A DNA stretch of 64,000 nt from assembly GCA_039831155.1 (NCBI GenBank), contig JBDONT010000041.1, forward strand, positions 27,974-91,973. Direction: 5' to 3'. Origin of the DNA: Nautiliaceae bacterium (GTDB taxonomy: Bacteria; Campylobacterota; Campylobacteria; Campylobacterales; Nautiliaceae). A program made the position numbers and the translations under genes. Every line of letters begins with the position of its first letter. Within the stretch, counting starts at the first letter, position 1. Shown here one piece after another: positions 1 to 9,400 of this stretch. Below the pieces are notes generated by a model. That model was not told the origin of the DNA. It searched no databases and was given only the letters and a program-made list of their open reading frames with translations.

Positions 1-2
1 TG

Positions 3-323
3 ATAGAAATTTTAACTCTTGAAGCTAAACTTTTCTTTAGTAACGCTTTTGGATTTAGGGATTTAGCCCTTTATGAGATGAGATACTATATTCCTAGTAA
101 TTTAATTAATGAAGCCAAAAAATTGGTAAAAAGATTGAGAGGTGATTTTAAACCTTTAACCCCGGGAATTAGGGCTCAACTTTTAAATAAAGAAACAAAC
201 GAACTTGTGATGGACTTTTTGATTGAAAAAAAAGAGAATCAAATACATATTTTAAATGCGGTTTCACCGGCTTTTACGGCAAGTTTTGCTTTTAGCGAGT
301 ATATTTTGAAGAATGTCATTTAA
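3..323 (+). CDS. 3' part of an FAD-dependent oxidoreductase, L-2-hydroxyglutarate oxidase (LhgO) family; 5' end lies outside the window
   Basis: Frame is open from base 3; C-terminal motifs GIRAQ...LVMDFLIE...HILNAVSPAFTAS are typical of the LhgO family. Confidence 0.75.
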   Translation: MEILTLEAKLFFSNAFGFRDLALYEMRYYIPSNLINEAKKLVKRLRGDFKPLTPGIRAQLLNKETNELVMDFLIEKKENQIHILNAVSPAFTASFAFSEYILKNVI

Positions 324-346
324 ATGTAATAGTAACTGATTATAAT
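313..346 (+). promoter_or_regulatory. Putative bcs operon promoter: Pho-box-like direct repeat plus TATAAT -10
   Basis: ATGTCAT-TTAA-ATGTAAT (313-330), 10-bp gap, TATAAT (341-346); SD AAGGAG precedes ATG 394. Confidence 0.45.
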
Positions 347-393
347 TTTAAGCGGAATGTTTTTTTGCCGATATAAGAGGGAAGGAGTTATTA

Positions 394-582
394 ATGAATA
401 ATACTTTTTTAAAATTTCATTTGGAAGACAGAAAAGAAGATATGAAAAAGAAATGGAAAATATTGGGTTATTTGGACGCTTTGGAAAAAGAAGCTTTTGA
501 AAACAAGCATATAGTTCTGCCGGAAAAAGAAGTTAAAAGATATTCTATTTCCAGACTTAGAAAAATATTCGGGGCGGTGTAA
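394..582 (+). CDS. Small bcs-associated protein, BcsR/BcsP-like (62 aa)
   Basis: Strong SD; stop abuts the bcsA start; KKKWKILGYL loosely resembles the RWPLLAEL motif of BcsR. Confidence 0.5.
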   Translation: MNNTFLKFHLEDRKEDMKKKWKILGYLDALEKEAFENKHIVLPEKEVKRYSISRLRKIFGAV

Positions 583-2937
583 GTGGAAAAAATATTAAAG
601 ATTTTATTTGTAGTTTCTTTTGTATTGTTGGTTTTAATAGTTTCAGCATATTCGCCGGATATAGTGCAGTTGGAGTTTTTTATAACGATATTTATTTTAA
701 ATTTGGTATTGGTACTTTATTCTAAATTAAGAAAACAAGAAAACGAATATATTAAATTATTTTTAATAGTATCGGCTTTCACTTTTTCTTTAAGATATTT
801 ATACTGGAGAACTTTGTATACGTTGAATTTCGATAATATTTTTAATGCGTTGGGCTCTTTATCTTTATATTTAGCGGAGGTTTATTCGTTTTTCGTATTT
901 TTGCTTGGAGCTTTTATAGCATTAAGAATTTATGATAGAAAAAGTATACCTATTGATGATATACCGCCGGAAAAGTTACCGACCGTTGATATTTATATTC
1001 CTACTTATGACGAGCCTTTGGAAGTTATTAAGCCTACTACTTTAGCTGCAAGTGTAATGGATTATCCTAGAGATAAATTTAATATTTATATTTTAGATGA
1101 CGGGGGTACGGAACAAAAAAGATTTCCGGATTTGGAAAAAGTAAAAAAAGAAGCTGAAGAAGAGATTATAGAAAAATATAAAAAAATTTATATGAAAAAA
1201 TATAAAAATTGGGATGAGGAAAAAATCATTCAAAAAATTAAAGAAGACAAAAAAGATGAAATAAAAGCTCATCAGGAAAAAGAAGTGGAAACGGCTAAAA
1301 AAAAGGGTGAAGCCGCTCAAAAAAGAAAAAAAATGTTGGAAGAATTTGCGGCTATTGCCGGAGAAAACGTTCATTATTTAACAAGAAAAAGAAATGAACA
1401 CGCAAAAGCCGGGAATATTAACGAAGCTTTAAAACATACAAACGGAGATATTATTTTAATTCTTGATTGTGACCACGTACCTACTCAAAATTTTTTAAGA
1501 GAGACGGTCGGATTTTTTATAAAAAATCCGAAACTTTTCTTAGTTCAAACTCCTCATAAATTTTATAATCAAGACCCTATTGAAAAGAATCTTAGAATAT
1601 TTAGACAAGTTCCTAATGAAAACGAAATGTTTTACGGATTTATTCAAAAAGGTCTTGATTTTTGGGATGCTTCTTTCTTTTGCGGGTCTGCGGCTATGCT
1701 TAGAAGAAAATATTTGGAAGAGGTTGGAGGGATTGCCGGGGATACGATTACAGAGGATGCCGAAACGGCTTTAGAACTTCATTCTAGAGGTTATCATAGT
1801 TATTATTATCCTAAAGGAATGGTATTCGGATTGCAACCGGAAACTTTTTCCGCATTTGTGGTTCAAAGGTCTAGATGGGCTCAAGGTATGATACAAATAT
1901 TTTTATTAAAAAATCCTTTATTTAAAAAAGGTTTGAAATGGTATCAAAAACTGGGTTATTTAAATGCCAACGTGTTTTGGTTTTTCGGACTTGCTAGATT
2001 TACGTTTTTAATAGTACCTCTGTTTTTTATCTTTTTTAATTTAAAAATTTATGATGCGACTTTAGCGGATGTTATTTCTTATTCTTTACCGCATTTTTTC
2101 TTTTCCGTACTGTTGAGTTATTATTTGTATTCTAAATATAGATGGCCGTTTTTTTCCGAAGTTTACGAATCTTTACAGAGTCTCTTTTTATTACCGGCTA
2201 TTATTTCGGTTATTTTAGCTCCGAGGTCGCCGACTTTTATCGTTACTCCAAAAGGGGAGAATATCGAAAAAGATTTCGTAACGCCTTTTTATAAACCTAT
2301 TTTCTTTTTATTTAATATAACCGTTATAGGTATTATGATAGGTATTTATAAATATGTTCAAAATCCTGACCAAAGAGGGACGTTGGCGGTATTAGGTTTT
2401 TGGATGTGTTTTAATATTTTGTATTTGGGAGTAGGAATGATAGTCGCTCACGAAAAGCCGGAAAAAAGAACTTTTCATAGAATTCCCGCTAATGATGAGG
2501 CGATAGTTTATATTAATCATAAGGCGTACGAAGGGACGGTTAGGGATATATCTTTAACAGGTATTTGGATAGAGGTTCATAAGGATATTTCCCATCTTTT
2601 AAAGGATTATGTATGGGATAAAAAACTTAAATTTTTAATTAAAGACGAATACGGGATAATGTTTGCGGTGGAAGGGCAAGTGGTTAATGCCAATGCCCAT
2701 AATATAAGAATGAAATTCGTTTTTGCCAATATAGACCAAGAGAAAAAAATTACTCAACTTGTATATGCTTCAAGTTCCAGATGGAAGTTGTTTATGCAAG
2801 AAAAAGCGGTTAGTCCTTTTTATTCTATAATGTTTTTATTCAAATTGATATTTAGAGATTTCGGAAGAGCTTATATAGAGGTAGTGAAGACTTTTTATAA
2901 AGATTTATTAGGTATAATTTCGTTTAAAAGAACTTAA
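583..2937 (+). CDS. bcsA: Cellulose synthase catalytic subunit (GT2 plus PilZ)
   Basis: GTG start; DDG, HAKAGN, DCD, QTPH, FFCGS, TED, QRSRW, FIVTPKG gating loop; PilZ RxxxR (RTFHR) and DISLTG. Confidence 0.97.
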   Translation: MEKILKILFVVSFVLLVLIVSAYSPDIVQLEFFITIFILNLVLVLYSKLRKQENEYIKLFLIVSAFTFSLRYLYWRTLYTLNFDNIFNALGSLSLYLAEVYSFFVFLLGAFIALRIYDRKSIPIDDIPPEKLPTVDIYIPTYDEPLEVIKPTTLAASVMDYPRDKFNIYILDDGGTEQKRFPDLEKVKKEAEEEIIEKYKKIYMKKYKNWDEEKIIQKIKEDKKDEIKAHQEKEVETAKKKGEAAQKRKKMLEEFAAIAGENVHYLTRKRNEHAKAGNINEALKHTNGDIILILDCDHVPTQNFLRETVGFFIKNPKLFLVQTPHKFYNQDPIEKNLRIFRQVPNENEMFYGFIQKGLDFWDASFFCGSAAMLRRKYLEEVGGIAGDTITEDAETALELHSRGYHSYYYPKGMVFGLQPETFSAFVVQRSRWAQGMIQIFLLKNPLFKKGLKWYQKLGYLNANVFWFFGLARFTFLIVPLFFIFFNLKIYDATLADVISYSLPHFFFSVLLSYYLYSKYRWPFFSEVYESLQSLFLLPAIISVILAPRSPTFIVTPKGENIEKDFVTPFYKPIFFLFNITVIGIMIGIYKYVQNPDQRGTLAVLGFWMCFNILYLGVGMIVAHEKPEKRTFHRIPANDEAIVYINHKAYEGTVRDISLTGIWIEVHKDISHLLKDYVWDKKLKFLIKDEYGIMFAVEGQVVNANAHNIRMKFVFANIDQEKKITQLVYASSSRWKLFMQEKAVSPFYSIMFLFKLIFRDFGRAYIEVVKTFYKDLLGIISFKRT

Positions 2938-2951
2938 AGGAGGAAAGGAAA

Positions 2952-3446
2952 ATGGCTCTTTTTAAAAAAGCTAAAATAGAAAAAAAAGTTCAAGAGGAGG
3001 TTATCGATACCGGATTGGTTCCTGAAGAGTTGGTTAATGTAAAACAAAGAGACGTTTTAAATAGTTTTTTAAGTAGTGTATTGGAAGTTGGTGATGAAAG
3101 TGATTATGAATATTTATGTGATATTTCCGCTAAGGCTTTTTATAAAAAAAACGCTCTTTTTTTAGAATCTATAATAGAAACTAGCGGAGATGATGTAAAA
3201 GTTGCATTTGAATATTTAAATTATTTTTTGCAAACTTTCGGATTAGGAAGTTTTCAAGCTCTTATTAAGGAAGATGATAAAGAGATAATAGTTTATCATT
3301 ATAATTCTCCTTTTGATGAGATTTATGAAAAGGATTATTTTTTAAAAGAATTTTATAGATTGTTTTTTGATGTTTTATTAGATACGAAGACAGACGTAGT
3401 TGAAAGGAAAGAGGATGATAAGAAAATTTTTGTTATTAATATTTAG
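2952..3446 (+). CDS. bcsD: BcsD-like cellulose synthase accessory protein
   Basis: 164 aa; LNYFLQTFGLG...IIVYHYNSPF...FLKEFY pattern resembles BcsD (N...WG...H..P...FLEG); operon context. Confidence 0.6.
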   Translation: MALFKKAKIEKKVQEEVIDTGLVPEELVNVKQRDVLNSFLSSVLEVGDESDYEYLCDISAKAFYKKNALFLESIIETSGDDVKVAFEYLNYFLQTFGLGSFQALIKEDDKEIIVYHYNSPFDEIYEKDYFLKEFYRLFFDVLLDTKTDVVERKEDDKKIFVINI

Positions 3447-5535
3447 TTTTATTGCATTTTCGTATGCGAAAAGTAACGTATTAAAGTTATCGGACCTTTA
3501 TCCGGATCAAAAAATTTTAAGAGGTTCGCAAGGGGGGACGGTTCTTACAATCCCTATCCCCGATAGGGTAAAAATAAAAAAAGCTATGATTCATATAGAA
3601 TATATCCCGTCTAAAGCTTTAGTGAAGCAAAGAAGCGTTTTAACCGCAATGTTTAACGGAGTGGCTTTGTATCAACAAAGATTAGACCCTAATATAGACA
3701 TTTATTCTTATGATATTTCAATTCCTTTGTATTTGATTAAAGATATTAATAAATTTAAAATTTTTGTAACTCAACATTATTGTATGGATTGTTGTGAAAA
3801 TGGTTCTTCTCCTGAACTTTGGACCGAAATTTTGTGGGATAAGAGTTATTTGAAAATAAATTACGATTATAAAAAAATGAATAATGATTTATTAACATAT
3901 AGAGATTATGTGTTGGATTATAAAAATTTTAGTCCGATTTCTATAGGTATTATGACCGAAACGGATAGTGACGATTATTTAACTATGGGAGCTAGAATCA
4001 GCGGTTATTTAGGAAGTGTTATAAAATATAGAAAAATTTATATAAAAAGAGTTGAAAACATTAATAAAGATATGGATATCTTTTTGATAGGAAGTACGGA
4101 TTATGTTAAACAAGTTTTAAAAATAAAAAAAGATATTCCTAATATTTTCGTAATGAAAAATCCTAAATACCCGAATAGAGCGATTATAGTGCTGAATGCG
4201 GAAGATAAAACGGAATTGAGAAATATTATAGATTCTTTTATTTCCATACCGAAAAATCTTTTAATGGGTAAAAGTATAGATGTTTCTAAATATAAAAAAC
4301 CTCTTATAGACGCTTATGAATCTCCTTTATATATTCCGTTGGGTAAAAAGGTTTATTTTAGCGATTTAGGATATGACGATTTAAAATTTTATCATCCTAG
4401 TTATCAATATACGGTAAATTTTAATATGCCTCCGGATGTTTTTATGATTTCTCAAAAGAAATTTACTTTCCATCTTTTTTACAATTATAACGAAGCGGTT
4501 AAAGACTCCTCCGCAATTAATATATTCATAAACGGAAAATTCGTAACCGCTTTAAAAGCGGATAAGACATACGGTACTTTATTAGAAGATGCGGAATTGA
4601 GAATACCGGTTTATATGTTAAAACCCGGGAAAAATTCGATTACTATTCAATATGCTTTACAAGCCCCGGGAGGAGGACGTTGTCAAAGACCTAACGGTTT
4701 ATTGATGCAAGGTACCGTTTTTTCAAGTAAATCTTATATAGAGCTTCCTAGATTTCCTCATTGGAGGGAAATGGCTTATATGGAATTGTTTACTACAACC
4801 GCTTATCCTTTTTCGATTTATCCGGATTTAAAAGGGACTCAAATATATATTGCGGAAAAAAGTAAAAATTTGGTTTCGGCTATGTATACTTTAATGGCTT
4901 ATATAGGAGAGAAAACATTTGTTCCTTTATATAACGTTTCGGTTGTAAGTTCTCAAGAGGATATTAAGAAATCAAGTAACGTAATTGCGATAGGAGCTAA
5001 TTTACCTAAAGAATTTTATAAAAATACTCCTATAATGTTTGATGACGATAAAATTACCTTAAGATTTAACGCATTTAAAAAGATAGAAGATACGTTAAAA
5101 AACAGGCTTTTAGGTATGAAAGAAAACGAGAATTTACAAACTATTATAAAATTGAAAGACGATTTAATTAATGAAACGGTTTTTACGGAAGGTAGGTCTC
5201 CTTATGGTGGAGATAAAACATTTTTGATTATCACTTCAAAAAGTGATAAAGATATTTTAAAAAGTATTAAAAATTTATACGAACCGAAATTTGCAGGATA
5301 TATTAAAGGCGATTTGGTTATAATAGACAATAAAAAAGATAACGTATATTATGCTGATGTCGGAAAAAAATATTATGTAGGGCATTTACCTTGGTTCGAG
5401 TATTTTATGTTTAAAATAGGTTTTTCTTATCCGATGTTGGTATTAATGTTTTTAATTGTGGCTATGACTATAGTCGTAGTATTAAAATTATTACTTGATT
5501 TAAGATTAAAATTTAAAGAGAAAGAGTGGCAATGA
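3415..5535 (+). CDS. bcsB: Cellulose synthase periplasmic co-polymerase subunit B
   Basis: Signal peptide; ELWTEI and YPFS motifs; C-terminal YYVGHLPW plus TM anchor; likely ATG 3415 (ORF open from 3400). Confidence 0.93.
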   Translation: MIRKFLLLIFSFIAFSYAKSNVLKLSDLYPDQKILRGSQGGTVLTIPIPDRVKIKKAMIHIEYIPSKALVKQRSVLTAMFNGVALYQQRLDPNIDIYSYDISIPLYLIKDINKFKIFVTQHYCMDCCENGSSPELWTEILWDKSYLKINYDYKKMNNDLLTYRDYVLDYKNFSPISIGIMTETDSDDYLTMGARISGYLGSVIKYRKIYIKRVENINKDMDIFLIGSTDYVKQVLKIKKDIPNIFVMKNPKYPNRAIIVLNAEDKTELRNIIDSFISIPKNLLMGKSIDVSKYKKPLIDAYESPLYIPLGKKVYFSDLGYDDLKFYHPSYQYTVNFNMPPDVFMISQKKFTFHLFYNYNEAVKDSSAINIFINGKFVTALKADKTYGTLLEDAELRIPVYMLKPGKNSITIQYALQAPGGGRCQRPNGLLMQGTVFSSKSYIELPRFPHWREMAYMELFTTTAYPFSIYPDLKGTQIYIAEKSKNLVSAMYTLMAYIGEKTFVPLYNVSVVSSQEDIKKSSNVIAIGANLPKEFYKNTPIMFDDDKITLRFNAFKKIEDTLKNRLLGMKENENLQTIIKLKDDLINETVFTEGRSPYGGDKTFLIITSKSDKDILKSIKNLYEPKFAGYIKGDLVIIDNKKDNVYYADVGKKYYVGHLPWFEYFMFKIGFSYPMLVLMFLIVAMTIVVVLKLLLDLRLKFKEKEWQ

Positions 5536-6467
5536 AAAAATTATTATTAATTTTTTTTCTTTTATTCTCTTTTTTGTTTGCAACGGATGTTACTAAATTT
5601 ATAAAATATAATTCTTATGTAATAGACCCTTACAATCATAATAGGGTAACTTCAGAAGCTCAAGGATACGGACTTTTATATGCTTATTTGACTAATAATA
5701 AAAAATTATTCGATTCTATGTGGCGTTGGACTAAAACTCATATGCAAAGAAGAGATTCTCTTTTTGCTTGGAATTATAATAACGGTAGAGTTATAGATTA
5801 TAATAATGCGACCGACGGAGATTTGTTTATAGCTTATTCTCTTTTAAGAGCATCTTATAAATGGCATAATGTCGGATACTATGAAGAAAGTAGAAAAATA
5901 ATAAAAGAATTGAAAAGATATATTTTGGAGATTAACAATAATATGATTTTATTACCCGGTAAACATGGATTTGTTAAAGAAAACGGTATAGAAGTTTTTC
6001 CGGCTTATTATATTAAATTTATTTTCGATAGGTTTTACGATGAAACTAATGATATTACTTGGAAATATATTGCCGATTATACGGAAGTATTATATAATCA
6101 AAGATTAAGCGATAGAATGTTGTTTTCTTTTTTCAATAAGAATTTTTCCAATGTCTCCGTAGTTACTATGGACGTTTATAGAGTGATTTTATATCAATAT
6201 TTAAGTAACGGGCATATAGAGTTTTTAAAGAACTCTTTTAAAGAAATTAATAAATTTTTTATTAATAACGGATATATTCCTTTAGAATATAGATTTTCTT
6301 CTCTTACTCAAACCAGAACGGAATCGCCTTATTGTGTATACGGGTTGTTTTATTTATTATATGACAATAAAGCTTATTTAAAAAAATATTTGGATTTGAA
6401 AAAAGTTGATAAAAAAAATTATTTTTGTAGTTTTTTAGATTTTTTCTTACAAAAGGGGATTGAATGA
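5532..6467 (+). CDS. bcsZ: Endo-1,4-beta-glucanase, GH8
   Basis: Signal peptide; TSEAQGYG catalytic Glu motif, LFAW, NNATDGD; ATGA overlap with the bcsB stop. Confidence 0.92.
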   Translation: MKKLLLIFFLLFSFLFATDVTKFIKYNSYVIDPYNHNRVTSEAQGYGLLYAYLTNNKKLFDSMWRWTKTHMQRRDSLFAWNYNNGRVIDYNNATDGDLFIAYSLLRASYKWHNVGYYEESRKIIKELKRYILEINNNMILLPGKHGFVKENGIEVFPAYYIKFIFDRFYDETNDITWKYIADYTEVLYNQRLSDRMLFSFFNKNFSNVSVVTMDVYRVILYQYLSNGHIEFLKNSFKEINKFFINNGYIPLEYRFSSLTQTRTESPYCVYGLFYLLYDNKAYLKKYLDLKKVDKKNYFCSFLDFFLQKGIE

Positions 6468-9400
6468 AAAAGGTGGTGTTGTTAATTTGTGTAATAGTTG
6501 AGCTTTTTGCTTATTCTTTAGTAGTAAACGATAAATCCGATGCAAATAAATTAAAAAAAGCAGGAATGAATTGTGTGTTGGATAAAAATAATAATTATTA
6601 TAGATGTGCAACGTCGAATGATATAGCTCAATTAAAAAGGATTCAACAATATATAGCTAAGACTTATAAAATAAATGCTTTTATAGCTCAAGATAGTGAT
6701 ACTGCAAATATGGTGGATGTGAAGAAGATAACTTCTCCTTTAAAGAAAAGAAGTAATAAAAAATTAAAAACGACAGATATTAAGAAAACCGGTTGGTGTT
6801 TGCAAATAAGCAGTTCCACTTCAAAAAACAGTATTTTAAGAATTTTTAAAAAATATAGAGATTACCCTTTAGCAAGAGTTGAAAAAATAGGTGGATATTA
6901 TGTTCTAAGAATAGGAGAAGGAAGTTATTCAGATATCATTTCTTTAAAAGACGAGATAAATAAAGGAATTGTAAGAAAATGTGATTATATTCCTCAAAGA
7001 ATCGTAATTTCAAATGTTGAAAGTAATTCTCTTGACAATAAACCCGCTTTGAAAATTACTCAAGCTAAAAGTATAGAAAAGAAAATAATCAATAAAGTAA
7101 GCGACCAAAACGGTTCTAAAGGAGACGACCAGGGGGTATTGATATCAAGAATGTATAAAGCTTTGAATGCGGGAGATTTAATTACCGCAAAGAATATAGC
7201 CGGCGGTCTTATAGATACTAATCCTCAAGATGCTTATAATGTTTTAGGAATAGTTTCTATGAAAATGGGTAAATGGGATAAAGCTTGTGAATATTTGAAA
7301 AAAACATCGAATAAGAAACTTGCCGATACGGCTTGTTATACTTATAATTTAAAAGCCGGATATTCTTATTTGCAAAAAAATCCTTCCGTAGCCCTTGAAT
7401 TTTTTCAAAACGCTCAAACCTATAAAAATAATAAAGACGTGTTGTTAGGAATGGGATATGCTTATTTAAATATGAATCAATTATCCAAAGCATTGGAAAT
7501 TTTTCAATCTCTTTATGAAAAATATCCTAATGATAAAGCGGTGATAGGGGGGTATATAGCTGCTTTATATAATGCTAAAGATTATAATAAATTGGAAGAG
7601 TTAAAGCGTAAATTGCCTGCCGATTATGCTTCTTTGTTTAAAAAATACGATACTTATATAGCTTTAAATAAAGTTAACGAACTTTTGAAAAAGAAAAAAT
7701 ATATGCAAGCGGAGAGTATTTTATTGGATTTGTATAAAAAAAATCCGGATAATGTAAACGTACTTTTAACATTAGGAAATTTATATTTTCAAACGAATCA
7801 ATTGGATAAAGCGGAGAATTTTTATAATAACGTTTTATTAATTAATTCGGATAATATTTATGCTCTTCAAGGTTTAAGAGGGATAGCCGCTAAAAGAGGA
7901 GATTTTAAAAAAGCTTTAGAATATTCGGATAAACTAAGGGCTTTAGGTATTGATGTGGACGATACGAAAATAAAAAGTCTTTATTATTTAAGATTAGCTA
8001 GAGAATCTATGAAAGCTAAAGATTGTCAAAATGCTTATAAATATGCTACGTTAGCTAAAAAAGAGGATGAAACTTTAGCTGAAGCTTATATGATTTTAGG
8101 AGATTATTATACGTTTTGTCAGAAAGATAAAAGAAGAGCTTTTTTAAATTATGAAAAAGGTTATCAGTATGCTAAAAATAATTTTGATATGAAGTTGAAA
8201 TTTTTATATTCTCTTTTACATTATGATATGTTTACTCAAATTAAAATAGTGTTAGAAACTATAGACCCTTCTAAATTAACTCCTGTACAAAAAGAAGATT
8301 TAAGAAAATTTTATTCGGCTCTTTATGTTAAGTTCGCTTCTTATAAATTCAAAAATAAAGAGTATAAAACAGCTATTAAAGTTTGTGAAGAGGGGTTGAA
8401 GTATGATAGTGCCAATCCCGCTTTATATGAGATAGCCGGTTGGAGCTGTTTTAGATTAAAAAATTATAAATGTGCTAAAGATTATTTTCAAAAATCGGTT
8501 GCTTTGAGTAATAGTGAAAAAACTAAATACGCTTTGGCTTTGGCTTATTTAAATTTAGGAGAAAAGGAAAAAGCGGTTAAAATTTTGGATTCGATAGCTT
8601 CTACGAAAGATCCTGATTTAAGAGTAAAAATTGCAGATGCTTATGTCTCTTTAGGGGAAGTTTCAAAAGCCGAAAGACTTTTAAAAAGTATAAGAATAAA
8701 AACTAGAAGCGTTCAGCCTCAATATACTCCTCAAGATGTTCCGGTGCCTATAATAAAAAAACAAGATAACGGAGAGTTTTTCCCTGATGTCTTAGATAGT
8801 AAAGCTAATGATTTATTTTATAAAAAGACGGTTTTGATGAGTATTAACGATTTAAAACCGGTTTATGTAAAAAATAAATATACTTCTAAGTTAAAAGAGG
8901 AGTATCAAGAGTTACAAGAGAAAATTTTGTTATCGAAAAGTAATTATTTGAATAATGTTGAAGTAGGATTAAATTTAAGAACGAAAAGCGGGACTACCGG
9001 TTTGGGACAACTTAGTGATTTGCTGTTTTACTTTAAAGGGGATTATTTTTTAGGAACAAAGAAAAAAATATACGCTAAATTAGGTTTTTTGAATTTATCT
9101 AGCGGTAATGTGGAAAATTATGCTCAAGTAGGAGCGAGCGGAGGATATTTTATTGACGATTGGTTGACGGATTATACGGGGTTTATGCCTAAAATAGGAT
9201 TCTCATATAGTGGGGAAAAGATTTTTAATATAGAATTAGGAACCACTCCTATAGGAGATAACCCTATTTCTTATGCTTATGTAGGTAGACTTGCGGTGGG
9301 AGCTAGAAAAAAAAGTGAAAAATATTTATTGACTTTTTCAAGAAGTGCAGTAAAAGACTCTATTTTATCTTATGTAGGAAACAATGACCCTTACAGTGAT

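Noticed and set aside
1093-1374. 93-aa Phe-rich minus-strand ORF
   Set aside because: Antisense shadow of the K/E-rich BcsA insertion
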